Assembly: GCA_002269645.1 (NCBI GenBank)
Contig: NIVC01000592.1
Coordinates: 248,001 to 312,000 of the forward strand
Direction of reading: 5' to 3'
Length of the DNA stretch: 64,000 nt
From: Macrostomum lignano
Taxonomy: Eukaryota
A program made the translations under genes and the position numbers. The stretch's first letter is position 1. The number at the start of each line of letters is the position of its first letter. This document shows, in pieces, positions 46,346 to 58,599 of this stretch. Under the pieces are notes generated by a model. It searched no databases, was not told where the DNA came from, and was given only the letters and a program-made list of their open reading frames with translations.

Positions 46346-49300
46346 TGGCGCATACATATTTAATGCACCCAGTCAGGCAAGCCAACAACACCGGCTCACC
46401 CAGCGCGATTAACTGTCATGAGATTTCTTTCCTTTTATTTACTATAAAAAACCCAAGCCAATTCGACTGTTAGAATCTCAGCTCTCGGATTGCTAAACAT
46501 TTTAAAGAACAATGTGGAAACGCGCGCACGAACCCACACAGTTACGGGCACACGCACACGCACATGCACACACGCACACATTTTCACACACACATACACA
46601 CACAGAGAGAGAAACACACGCCTGTCTGCGGCAGGCAGAATTCATCCGGTGTGTTATTGGGATTTGCGCGCGCTAAGTAGCTTACTGTATTACAACACAT
46701 ACACTAATAATAGAAAAGGGGAGAATAGAAAAAACTGCACCGACCGACCCCGGGCATGGTAATGCTCCTTTATTATCCCTAAAATGTCTAACTGCATGAC
46801 CTCCAATTGAACATTTCATTTAACATCACGGCAGCTTGTCTGGGCTCTGTTAAAGGGACAGCTTTAGTGGGCGATTTTTACTGGTAGTTGAGGGGCGATT
46901 CCTACTGGCAGTTGAGGGGCGATTCCTACTGGCAGTTGAGGGGCGATTCCTACTGGCAGTTGAGGGGCGATTCCTACTGGCAGTTGAGGGGCGATTTCTA
47001 CTGGCAGTTGAGGGGGGATTTCTACTGGCAGTTGAGGGGCGATTCCTACTGGCAGTTGAGGGGCGATTCCTACTGGCAGTTGAGGGGCGATTTCTACTGG
47101 CAGTTGAGGGGCGATTTCTACTGGCAGTTGAGGGGCGATTTCTACTGGCAGTTGAGGGGCGATTTCTACTGGCAGTTGAGGGGCGATTTCTACTGGCAGT
47201 TGAGGGGCGATTTCTACTGGCAGTTGAGGGGCGAATTCTACTGGCAGTTGAGGGGCGATTCCTACTGGCAGTTGAGGGGCGATTTCTACTGGCAGTTGAG
47301 GGGGGATTTCAAAGCAGAGAATCGCACAGCATGGAAACTCACGCCTCAAACCAGAGCGACTCCGGTCCCCGTTCCGGCGTTGTGAGCAGCAAATCGAAGC
47401 TCCGGCTGTGCGACATCTCCGACGAGTTCAAGACGGCGCTGCAGTCGGTGGGAGATGCGGGAGCCAGCGAGACCTCTTCAGCGGATTGGCTGTGCCGCTC
47501 GGCAGTGGACACCGGCTGAGCGGGTTCCCGACTGGAAATCATTGAAATACGATTTTTAAAAAATCCTTTTATAAATTAAAAACCCGACCATTTCTAAGAA
47601 AGCAGAATAACGCCAAGCGCTCATGTTTGAGTGCAAATTTGCAGCAGGATGTGCCCTTAGTGCACACGAGAAGGCTGTTAGTCCTTTCTTTAGTCACTTT
47701 CTAGCTTGTCAAGATAAAATAAATCTGCACTCAGGGAGCCGGAGAGAACTTTTTATTCAAACACCACACAGACTGTATTGACTCGGCCAATACAGGCAAT
47801 GGAATGTCAGCGACACGGCAGTAAAACAGTGAAATTATGATCAGCTGTCAATCGGGTTTTCTCATTTTGCATTTCGCGATTGAAACACACAGGCCTGTCC
47901 TGAATGCCCAATGCAGCAGGACACTTTCCCCTGTGCATTTGTACTTTTCACCTTACCCCTGCTTGATGTATACTCATGCTATCACCATCACACTCCCTAT
48001 GCCTTAACTGTGCCCCTCACTCTACTCCAACCATTTCTCAAATCTTACCTCACACAATTCTACCCTCTACTCTACCCTCACTCTTTACTCTTCCCTCACT
48101 CTACCCTCACTCTCTACCCTCACTCTACCCTCACTCTCTTCCCTCACTCTACCCTCACTCTCTACCCTCACTCTACCCTCACTCTCTACCCTCACTCTAC
48201 TCTCTCTCTACCCTCACTCTACTCTCTCTCTACTCTCTCTCTACCCTCACTCTACCCTCACTCTCCACCCTCAGTCTCTACTCAACCCTCACTCTCTACT
48301 CAACCCTCACTCTCTATTCAACCCTCACTCTCTACTCAACCCTCACTCTCTACTCAACCCTCACTCTCTACTCAACCCTCACTCTCTACTCAACCCTCAC
48401 TCTACCCTCACTCTCTACTCAACCCTCACTCTCTACTCAACCCTCACTCTCTACTCAACCCTCACTCTCTACTCAACCCTCACTCTCTACTCTACCTTCA
48501 CTCTTTACTCTTCCCTCAGTCTACCCTCACTCTCTACCCTCAGTCTACCCTCACTCTCTACCCTCAGTCTACCCTCACTCTCTACCCTCAGTCTACCCTC
48601 ACTCTCTACCCTCATTCTACCCTCACTCTCTACCCTGTCTCTACCCTCACTCTCTACTCAACCCTCACTCTACCCTCACTCTCTACCCTCAGTCTCTACT
48701 CAACCCTCACTCTCTACTCAACCCTCACTCTCTACTCTACCCTCAGTCTCTACTCAACCCTTACTCTCTACTCAACCCTCACTCTCTACTCTACCCTCAC
48801 TCTCTACTCTAACCTCACTCTCTACTCTACCCTAAATCTCTACTCAACCCTCACTCTCTACTCTACCCTCACTCTACTCTACCTTCACTCTCTACTCTAC
48901 CCTCCCTCTCTACCCTCACTCTCTACCCTCAGTCTACCCTCACTCTCTACCCTGTCTCTACCCTCACTCTATCCTCACTCTCCACCCTCAGTCTCTACTC
49001 AACCCTCACTCTCTACTCAACCCTCACTCTCTACTCAACCCTCACTCTCTACTTAACCCTCACTCTCTACTCAACCCTCACTCTCTACTCAACCCTCACT
49101 CTCTACTCAACCCTCACTCTCTACTCAACCCTCACTCTCTACTCAACCCTCACTCTCTACTCTACCCTCAGTCTACTCAACCCTCACTCTCTACTCAACC
49201 CTCACTCTCTACTCTACCCTCACTCTCTACTCTACCCTCACTCTCTACTCTACCCTCACTCTCTACTCTACCCTCACTCTCTACTCTACCCTCACTCTCT

Positions 49301-50801
49301 ACTCTACCCTTACTCTCTACTCTACCCTCACTCTACTCTACCCTGCTCCTACTCCTACCCTCTCTCCACTCCACCCTCATTCTTACTCTACACTCCCTAC
49401 TCGTACTCTACCTTCACTATTATTACTACCCTTATTCTTTCCTTTCCTTCCCCAGCTCCAATGCAAGCAGCTAGGCAACTAACCGTCTGACAGTGAGGCA
49501 GACAGTGCCGCTGGCCTCCTCCATGAGGCGAGTTGCCTCTTTTCCGTTTGCCGGAGCCGCGCCGTTCACTTCCAACACTACGTCGCCAACCCTCATTTGG
49601 CCGTCGAGGAAGACCAGGCCGCCGCAGATTATCTGAGGGATTGGCGCGGAACTACTTGAAGTAGTGCAGTACAACTGTGGGTATTAATAATAATAATAAT
49701 AATAATTGCAGGGCTGTGGGCACTCCAACACGTCTACGGAGACATCGTCCTACAATCAGCGCTTATTCCGCTGACTCCTGAGCGCTCACACAGGGTGTAC
49801 ACTTAGCCCTGACTTTCTAATCGTCAGGCATGTACACTCACAGCGCCTTCGGGGTTGGCCCTCATTGGTGTGCATCGGAGCTGCTGGTGTCTTGGAGCTG
49901 GGGACAGGGAATGGGAGCTGGTGTCTTGGAGCTGGGGACAGGGAATGGGAGCTGGTGTCTTGGAGCTGGGGACAGGGAATGGAAGCTGGTGTCTTGGAGC
50001 TGGGGACAGGGAATGGGAGCTGGTGTATTGGAGCTGGGGACAGGGAATGGAAGCTGGTGTCTTGGAGCTGGGGACAGGGAATGGGAGCTGTTGTCTTGGA
50101 GCTGGGGACAGGGAATGGGAGCTGGTGTCTTGGAGCTGGGGACAGGGAATGGGAGCTGGTGTCTTGGAGCTGGGGACAGGGAATGGGAGCTGGTGTCTTG
50201 GAGCTGGGGACAGGGAATGGAAGCTGGTGTCTTGGAGCTGGGGACAGGGAATGGGAGCTGGTGTATTGGAGCTGGGACAGGGAATGGGAGCTGGTGTCTT
50301 GGAGCTGGGGACAGGGAATGGGAGCTGTTGTCTTGGAGCTGGGGACAGGGAATGGGAGCTGGTGTCTTGGAGCTGGGGACAGGGAATGGAAGCTGGTGTC
50401 TTGGAAATGGGGACAGGGAATGGGAGCTGGTGTCTTGGAGATGGGGACAGGGAATGGGAGCTGGTGTCTTGGAGATGGGGACAGGGAATGGGAGCTGTTG
50501 TCTTGGAGATGGGGACAGGGAATGGAAGCTGGTGTCTTGGAGCTGGTGACAGGGAATGGGAGCTGGGGACAGGGATTGGGGAACATTCTGCTTTTATCCA
50601 GACAAAAATAGCGATGGGAAACAGGAGGGAAGAGCTAACACATCTTAAATTCACCATTGGTCTCACCTCTTTTACGGAAACCCCAACGGCATGATCGCCA
50701 TTACCGCAGCCTCCTTGATCTTCCTCAGCAGTACAGCAGCCGCAGTCGTTCAGCACAAGGCCTAACGGCAGACCAGCTTTGAATTTGAATTGCAGCAACA
50801 T
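35875..50801 (-). CDS. shroom: Shroom-family protein (N-terminal PDZ, low-complexity middle, C-terminal ASD2), ~1137 aa, six coding exons
   Basis: Exons 50801-50667 (0), 49632-49484 (0>2), 47531-47343 (2>2), 46014-45208 (2>2), 41797-41387 (2>2) and 37597-35875; 3414 nt, all GT-AG, no stops. PDZ: PLGLVL...VSVKE|[24 protein letters not shown]...VCLTVRR. ASD2: [17 protein letters not shown]...ELDAFDRYV...RLRIEHAL...LAEADRL...[15 protein letters not shown]. The ASD2 call is strong; linking the PDZ exons to it rests on phase consistency. Confidence 0.85.
38040..38108. repeat. (CT)n microsatellite
   Basis: Seen directly. Confidence 0.95.
38665..39262. repeat. (GACA)n microsatellite with a recurring interruption (GAGACAGACATACAGTCAAGCAG, three times)
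   Basis: Seen directly. Confidence 0.96.
39895..40452. repeat. 18-19 bp telomere-like minisatellite (AACCT(G)AAACCCAAACCTT)
   Basis: Tandem units seen directly; not canonical (TTAGGG)n. Confidence 0.93.
40459..40671 (+). mobile_element. tRNA-derived SINE family 2, CpG-rich copy
   Basis: A-box-like TAGCCCTGTGG and B-box-like GGCTCGATTCG; homologous over ~210 bp to 62611-62830. Confidence 0.7.
41855..42425. repeat. 22 bp minisatellite (GAGACACTGGGGTAGGCAGTGG)
   Basis: Tandem units seen directly, in a Shroom intron. Confidence 0.95.
43436..43892. mobile_element. MITE-like non-autonomous DNA transposon with ~40 bp TIRs and internal 16-17 bp repeats
   Basis: The left end ACGGGGGGGGTTTCACAAACTCGAAATTTCACAACGTCGAAA matches the reverse complement of the right end (ACGGGGTGCTTTCACAAGGTCGAAATTTCACAACGTCGAAA). 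The direct repeat TTAAC flanks it at 43431-43435 and 43893-43897. Confidence 0.8.
44295..45095. repeat. 31 bp G-rich minisatellite (GGGGATGGGATTGATAAGGGCCTGGGGATCA)
   Basis: Tandem units seen directly. Confidence 0.96.
46265..46340. repeat. (CT)n microsatellite
   Basis: Seen directly. Confidence 0.95.
46875..47310. repeat. 24 bp minisatellite (TACTGGCAGTTGAGGGGCGATT(C/T)C)
   Basis: Tandem units seen directly; AGGGGCGATT core. Confidence 0.96.
48060..49400. repeat. ~18 bp pyrimidine-rich minisatellite (ACCCTCACTCTCTACTCA)
   Basis: Tandem units seen directly. Confidence 0.94.
49880..50580. repeat. 34 bp minisatellite (GGAGCTGGGGACAGGGAATGGGAGCTGGTGTCTT) between the two PDZ exons
   Basis: Tandem units seen directly. 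Confidence 0.96.
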
Positions 50802-51139
50802 GAGGGCCTCGATTAAGGCGCCTTAGAATTTGCTTGGCTGCTTGCCAAACCAGAATCAACTGCATGCATTTAATGCTGGCAAGATATTGGGGCTGCCGCG
50901 ATTCGCTACGCCATTGCTGCGGCGCAGGTCTTGGCTGCAAATGGAACAATTTGTTGCAGAAATTTAATTACCGAATGCAGCAAAAATGATTCTGAACTGA
51001 AAGCTAGAACATCGGTTTTTATCGCCAGCGCGGGTTGATTTAGGAGAGCCGGGGGGGCAGAGAAATTTCGAGCGGTTAAATTGTTTGTGACCAATAAAAC
51101 AGCGATTGGTTAGTCCGCTGTTTATGGCATGGGCGGAGG

Positions 51140-54100
51140 AATGGGCAGAGGGTGGCTCAGCCTGAGGACTGAGTGGCAGAGGGTGGCACAGCCTGAGGAC
51201 TGGAAGGCAGATGGTGGCTCAGCCTGAGGACTGGAAGGCAGATGGTGGCACAGCCTGAGGACTGGAAGGCAGATGGTGGCTCAGCCTGAGGACTGGGTGG
51301 CAGATGGTGGCTCAGCCTGAGGACTGGGTGGCAGAGGGTGGCTCAGCCTGAGGACTGGGTGGCAGAGGGTGGCTCAGCCTGAGGACTGGGTGACAGAGGG
51401 TGGCTCAGCCTGAAGACTGGGTGGCAGAGGGTGGCACAGCCTGAGGACTGGGTGGCAGAGGGTGGCTCAGCCTGAGGACTGGGTGGCAGAGGGTGGCTCA
51501 GCCTGAGGACTGGGTGGCAGATGGTGGCTCAGCCTGAGGACTGGGTGGCTCATCCTGAGGACTGGGTGGCTCAGCCTGAGGACTGGGTGGCAGATGGTGG
51601 CTTAGCCTGAGGACTGGGTGGCAGAGGGTGGCTCAGCCTGAGGACTGGGTGGCAGAGGGTGGCTCAGCCTGAGGACTGGGTGGCAGAGGGTGGCTCAGCC
51701 TGAGGACTGGGTGGCAGAGGGTGGCTCAGCCTGAGGACTGGGTGGCAGAGGGTGGCTCAGCCTGAGGACTGGGTGGCAGATGGTGGCTCAGCCTGAGAAC
51801 TGGGTGGCAGAGGGTGGCTCAGCCTGAGGACTGGGTGGCAGAGGGTGGCTCAGCCTGAAGACTGGGTGGCAGATGGTGGCTCAGCCTGAGGACTGGGTGG
51901 CTCATCCTGAGGACTGGGTGGCTCAGCCTGAGGACTGGGTGGCAGATGGTGGCTTAGCCTGAGGACTGGGTGGCAGAGGGTGGCTCAGCCTGAGGACTGG
52001 GTGGCAGAGGGTGGCTCAGCCTGAGGACTGGGTGGCAGAGGGTGGCTCAGCCTGAGGACTGGGTGGCAGAGGGTGGCTCAGCCTGAGGACTGGGTGGCAG
52101 AGGGTGGCTCAGCCTGAAGACTGGGTGGCAGAGGGTGGCTTAGCCTGAGGACTGGGTGGCAGAGGGTGGCTCAGCCTGAGGACTGGGTGGCAGAGGGTGG
52201 CTCAGCCTGAGGACTGGGTGGCAGATGGTGGCTCAGCCTGAGGACTGGGTGGCAGAGGGTGGCTCAGCCTGAGGACTGGGTGGCAGAGGGTGGCTCAGCC
52301 TGAAGACTGGGTGGCAGAGGGTGGCTCAGCCTGAAGACTGGGTGGCAGAGGGTGGCACAGCCTGAGGACTGGGTGGCAGAGGGTGGCTCAGCCTGAGGAC
52401 TGGGTGGCAGAGGGTGGCTCAGCCTGAGGACTGGGTGGCAGATGGTGGCTCAGCCTGAGGACTGGGTGGCTCATCCTGAGGACTGGGTGGCTCAGCCTGA
52501 GGACTGGGTGGCAGATGGTGGCTTAGCCTGAGGACTGGGTGGCAGATGGTGGCTCAGCCTGAGGACTGGGTGGCTCATCCTGAGGACTGGGTGGCTCAGC
52601 CTGAGGACTGGGTGGCAGATGGTGGCTCAGCCTGAGGACTGGGTGGCAGAGGGTGGCTCAGCCTGAGGACTGGGTGGCAGAGGGTGGCTCAGCCTGAAGA
52701 CTGGGTGGCAGAGGGTGGCACAGCCTGAGGACTGGGTGGCAGAGGGTGGCTCAGCCTGAGGACTGGGTGGCAGAGGGTGGCTCAGCCTGAGGACTGGGTG
52801 GCAGAGGATGGCTCAGCCTGAGGACTGGGTGGCAGATGGTGGCTCAGCCTGAGGACTGGGTGGCTCATCCTGAGGACTGGGTGGCTCAGCCTGAGGACTG
52901 GGTGGCAGATGGTGGCTTAGCCTGAGGACTGGGTGGCAGAGGGTGGCTCAGCCTGAGGACTGGGTGACAGAGGGTGGCTCAGCCTGAGGACTGGGTGGCA
53001 GAGGGTGGCTCAGCCTGAGGACTGGGTGGCAGAGGGTGGCTCAGCCTGAGGACTGGGTGGCAGATGGTGGCTTAGCCTGAGGACTGGGTGGCAGAGGGTG
53101 GCTCAGCCTGAGGACTGGGTGGCAGAGGGTGGCTCAGCCTGAGGACTGGGTGGCAGAGGGTGGCTCAGCCTGAGGACTGGGTGGCAGAGGGTGGCTCAGC
53201 CTGAGGACTGGGTGGCAGAGGGTGGCTCAGCCTGAGGACCGGGTGGCAGATGGTGGCTTAGCCTGAGGACTGGGTGGCAGAGGGTGGCTCAGCCTGAGGA
53301 CTGGGTGGCAGAGGGTGGCTCAGCCTGAGGACTGGGTGGCAGAGGGTGGCTCAGCCTGAGGACTGGGTGGCAGAGGGTGGCTCAGCCTGAAGACTGGGTG
53401 GCAGAGGGTGGCACAGCCTGAGGACTGGGTGGCAGAGGGTGGCTCAGCCTGAGGACTGGGTGGCAGAGGGTGGCTCAGCCTGAGGACTGGGTGGCAGAGG
53501 ATGGCTCAGCCTGAGGACTGGGTGGCAGATGGTGGCTCAGCCTGAGGACTGGGTGGCTCATCCTGAGGACTGGGTGGCTCAGCCTGAGGACTGGGTGGCA
53601 GATGGTGGCTTAGCCTGAGGACTGGGTGGCAGAGGGTGGCTCAGCCTGAGGACTGGGTGACAGAGGGTGGCTCAGCCTGAGGACTGGGTGGCAGAGGGTG
53701 GCTCAGCCTGAGGACTGGGTGGCAGAGGGTGGCTCAGCCTGAGGACTGGGTGGCAGATGGTGGCTTAGCCTGAGGACTGGGTGGCAGAGGGTGGCTCAGC
53801 CTGAGGACTGGGTGGCAGAGGGTGGCTCAGCCTGAGGACTGGGTGGCAGAGGGTGGCTCAGCCTGAGGACTGGGTGGCAGAGGGTGGCTCAGCCTGAGGA
53901 CTGGGTGGCAGAGGGTGGCTCAGCCTGAGGACTGGGTGGCAGAGGGTGGCTCAGCCTGAGGACTGGGTGGCAGAGGGTGGCTCAGCCTGAGGACTGGGTG
54001 GCAGAGGGTGGCTCAGCCTGAGGACTGGGTGGCAGAGGGTGGCTCAGCCTGAGGACTGGGTGGCAGATGGTGGCTCAGCCTGAGGACTGGGTGGCAGAGG

Positions 54101-56225
54101 GTGGCTCAGCCTGAGGACTGGGTGGCAGAGGGTGGCTCAGCCTGAAGACTGGGTGGCAGATGGTGGCTCAGCCTGAGGACTCGGTGGCTCATCCTGAGGA
54201 CTGGGTGGCTCAGCCTGAGGACTGGGTGGCAGATGGTGGCTTAGCCTGAGGACTGGGTGGCAGAGGGTGGCTCAGCCTGAGGACTGGGTGGCAGAGGGTG
54301 GCTCAGCCTGAGGACTGGGTGGCAGAGGGTGGCTCAGCCTGAGGACTGGGTGGCAGAGGGTGGCTCAGCCTGAGGACTGGGTGGCAGAGGGTGGCTCAGC
54401 CTGAAGACTGGGTGGCAGAGGGTGGCTCAGCCTGAGGACTGGAAGGCAGATGGTGGCTCAGCCTGAGGACTGGGTGGCAGAGGGTGGCTCAGCCTGAGGA
54501 CTGGGTGGCAGATGGTGGCTCAGCCTGAAGACTGGGTGGCAGAGGGTGGCTCAGCCTGAGGACTGGGTGGCAGAGGGTGGCTCAGCCTGAGGACTGGGTG
54601 GCAGAGGGTGGCTCAGCCTGAAGACTGGGTGGCAGAGGGTGGCTCAGCCTGAGGACTGGGTGGCAGAGGGTGGCTCAGCCTGAGGACTGGGTGGCAGAGG
54701 GTGGCTCAGCCTGAGGACTGGGTGGCAGATGGTGGCTCAGCCTGAGGACTGGGTGGCAGAGGGTGGCTCAGCCTGAGGACTGGGTGGCAGAGGGTGGCTC
54801 AGCCTGAAGACTGGGTGGCAGAGGGTGGCACAGCCTGAGGACTGGGTGGCAGAGGGTGGCTCAGCCTGAGGACTGGGTGGCAGAGGGTGGCTCAGCCTGA
54901 GGACTGGGTGGCAGATGGTGGCTCAGCCTGAGGACTGGGTGGCTCATCCTGAGGACTGGGTGGCTCAGCCTGAGGACTGGGTGGCAGATGGTGGCTCAGC
55001 CTGAGGACTGGGTGGCAGAGGGTGGCTCAGCCTGAGGACTGGGTGGCAGAGGTGGCTCAGCCTGAAGACTGGGTGGCAGATGGTGGCTCAGCCTGAGGAC
55101 TCGGTGGCTCATCCTGAGGACTGGGTGGCTCAGCCTGAGGACTGGGTGGCAGATGGTGGCTTAGCCTGAGGACTGGGTGGCAGAGGGTGGCTCAGCCTGA
55201 GGACTGGGTGGCAGAGGGTGGCTCAGCCTGAGGACTGGGTGGCAGAGGGTGGCTCAGCCTGAGGACTGGGTGGCAGAGGGTGGCTCAGCCTGAGGACTGG
55301 GTGGCAGAGGGTGGCTCAGCCTGAAGACTGGGTGGCAGAGGGTGGCTCAGCCTGAGGACTGGAAGGCAGATGGTGGCTCAGCCTGAGGACTGGGTGGCAG
55401 AGGGTGGCTCAGCCTGAGGACTGGGTGGCAGATGGTGGCTCAGCCTGAAGACTGGGTGGCAGAGGGTGGCTCAGCCTGAGGACTGGGTGGCAGAGGGTGG
55501 CTCAGCCTGAGGACTGGGTGGCAGAGGGTGGCTCAGCCTGAAGACTGGGTGGCAGAGGGTGGCTCAGCCTGAGGACTGGGTGGCAGAGGGTGGCTCAGCC
55601 TGAGGACTGGGTGGCAGAGGGTGGCTCAGCCTGAGGACTGGGTGGCAGATGGTGGCTCAGCCTGAGGACTGGGTGGCAGAGGGTGGCTCAGCCTGAGGAC
55701 TGGGTGGCAGAGGGTGGCTCAGCCTGAAGACTGGGTGGCAGAGGGTGGCACAGCCTGAGGACTGGGTGGCAGAGGGTGGCTCAGCCTGAGGACTGGGTGG
55801 CAGAGGGTGGCTCAGCCTGAGGACTGGGTGGCAGATGGTGGCTCAGCCTGAGGACTGGGTGGCTCATCCTGAGGACTGGGTGGCTCAGCCTGAGGACTGG
55901 GTGGCAGATGGTGGCTTAGCCTGAGGACTGGGTGGCAGAGGTGGCTCAGCCTGAGACTGGGTGGCAGAGGGTGGCTCAGCCTGAGGACTGGGTGGCAGAG
56001 GGTGGCTCAGCCTGAGGACTGGGTGGCAGAGGGTGGCTCAGCCTGAGGACTGGGTGGCAGAGGGTGGCTCAGCCTGAGGACTGGGTGGCAGATGGTGGCT
56101 CAGCCTGAGGACTGGGTGGCAGAGGGTGGCTCAGCCTGAGGACTGGGTGGCAGAGGGTGGCTCAGCCTGAACTGGGTGGCACTGGGTGGCAGAGGGTGGC
56201 TCAGCCTGAGGACTGGGTGGCAGAG
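51140..56225. repeat. ~5 kb satellite of 31 bp units (GGGTGGCAGAGGGTGGCTCAGCCTGAGGACT) with higher-order block duplications
   Basis: Roughly 160 units; diagnostic variants recur at 693 bp and 920 bp offsets. Confidence 0.97.
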
Positions 56226-56544
56226 AGCAGCTTGGTCTAATTGTACATAAAAACTAGAGAAAACGCCTGTTAAACTACAATGAAAGCATGAAAATGAAAT
56301 AGAAAATTGAATTCATGAATAACATAGTGAAATAAATTATGTTAACAAATACTAAATGGATAGCAAGAACTTGCAGAATATATTTATTTTACTGATAATT
56401 CTATTGCTATCAAAAGCTTTTCTTAAAAATAACAGTTAAAACTGCGTTTTAAAGTAATAAAATGCATCGCGACTTTAAGCTAAAAGAGAAGATACAAGAC
56501 TTCTGCTGATTGATATAGCAGCTGCGCGTTGGTCCAGTGATCTC

Positions 56545-58225
56545 GGGTTCAGTACAGGGGCGATTCTCAGGTTCAGTACAGGGGCGATTCTCAGGTTCAG
56601 TACAGGGGCGATTCTCAGGTTCAGTACAGGGGCGATTCTCAGGTTCAGTACAGGGGCGATTCTCAGGTTCAGTACAGGGGCGATTCTCAGGTTCAGTACA
56701 GGGGCGATTCTCAGGTTCAGTACAGGGGCGATTCTCAGGTTCAGTACAGGGGCGATTCTCAGGTTCAGTACAGGGGCGATTCTCAGGTTCAGTACAGGGG
56801 CGATTCTCAGGTTCAGTACAGGGGCGATTCTCAGGTTCAGTACAGGGGCGATTCTCAGGTTCAGTACAGGGGCGATTCTCAGGTTCAGTACAGGGGCGAT
56901 TCTCAGGTTCAGTACAGGTGCGATTCTCAGGTTCAGTACAGGGGCGATTCTCAGGTTCAGTACAGGGGCGATTCTCAGGTTCAGTACAGGGGCGATTCTC
57001 AGGTTCAGTACAGGGGCGATTCTCAGGTTCAGTACAGGGGCGATTCTCAGGTTCAGTACAGGGGCGATTCTCAGGTTCAGTACAGGGGCGATTCTCAGGT
57101 TCAGTACAGGGGCGATTCTCAGGTTCAGTACAGGGGCGATTCTCAGGTTCAGTACAGGGGCGATTCTCAGGTTCAGTACAGGGGCGATTCTCAGGTTCAG
57201 TACAGGGGCGATTCTCAGGTTCAGTACAGGGGCGATTCTCAGGTTCAGTACAGGGGCGATTCTCAGGTTCAGTACAGGGGCGATTCTCAGGTTCAGTACA
57301 GGGGCGATTCTCAGGTTCAGTACAGGGGCGATTCTCAGGTTCAGTACAGGGGCGATTCTCAGGTTCAGTACAGGTGCGATTCTCAGGTTCAGTACAGGGG
57401 CGATTCTCAGGTTCAGTACAGGGGCGATTCTCAGGTTCAGTACAGGGGCGATTCTCAGGTTCAGTACAGGGGCGATTCTCAGGTTCAGTACAGGGGCGAT
57501 TCTCAGGTTCAGTACAGGGGCGATTCTCAGGTTCAGTACAGGGGCGATTCTCAGGTTCAGTACAGGGGCGATTCTCAGGTTCAGTACAGGGGCGATTCTC
57601 AGGTTCAGTACAGGGGCGATTCTCAGGTTCAGTACAGGGGCGATTCTCAGGTTCAGTACAGGGGCGATTCTCAGGTTCAGTACAGGGGCGATTCTCAGGT
57701 TCAGTACAGGGGCGATTCTCAGGTTCAGTACAGGGGCGATTCTCAGGTTCAGTACAGGGGCGATTCTCAGGTTCAGTACAGGGGCGATTCTCAGGTTCAG
57801 TACAGGGGCGATTCTCAGGTTCAGTACAGGGGCGATTCTCAGGTTCAGTACAGGGGCGATTCTCAGGTTCAGTACAGGGGCGATTCTCAGATTCAGTACA
57901 GGGGCGATTCTCAGGTTCAGTACAGGGGCGATTCTCAGGTTCAGTACAGGGGCGATTCTCGGGTTCAGTACAGGGGCGATTCTCAGGTTCAGTACAGGGG
58001 CGATTCTCAGGTTCAGTACAGGGGCGATTCTCAGGTTCAGTACAGGGGCGATTCTCAGGTTCAGTACAGGGGCGATTCTCAGGTTCAGTACAGGGGCGAT
58101 TCTCAGGTTCAGTACAGGGGCGATTCTCAGATTCAGTACAGGGGCGATTCTCAGGTTCAGTACAGGGGCGATTCTCAGGTTCAGTACAGGGGCGATTCTC
58201 AGGTTCAGTACAGGGGCGAATTTCA
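56545..58225. repeat. Near-homogeneous 24 bp minisatellite (GGTTCAGTACAGGGGCGATTCTCA), ~70 copies
   Basis: Seen directly; only a handful of substitutions. Confidence 0.98.
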
Positions 58226-58599
58226 GGTTCATTATCGAACAAATACCTGGGTTTATTAAACGGTAAAGAACGAATATCTGTAATTGTACCTGCATGTAAT
58301 TGGTAAATTTACTGAATAGAGAGCACACTACCGGTACTTAAATCATGATTAAAACTAAGTAGCACAAACGGTAATAAGCCATAATATTAAAAAAGGCACG
58401 CCAACAATTACGAGCGTATAACAGTGGATTGTTAGCTTTACCTGGCAGGGCTAAACCGGACTGCTCTGGGCTGTTTGGAGTTTCCAATATTGATCACTTT
58501 ATGAAATAGAATTAGTAGAAGCATTAATAACCCCGAGTTTTGAATGAACAATTACTTCACTTCACTGTGCCTCTATTTTCGATGTCACTTCCACCGCGC

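Noticed and set aside
46888-47385. Poly-RGD protein (RGDSYWQL)n as an integrin-binding adhesive
   Set aside because: Starts at TTG, has no signal peptide, lies antisense within a Shroom intron, and the related 25-bp array breaks frame every unit. Kept only as a DNA-motif observation.
56449-58328. ~600-aa ORFs (PCTEPENR)n, (LNLRIAPV)n and (GSVQGRFS)n
   Set aside because: A stop-free 24-bp unit opens five of six frames; the (PCTEPENR)n ORF begins at TTG, and none shows splice or domain support.
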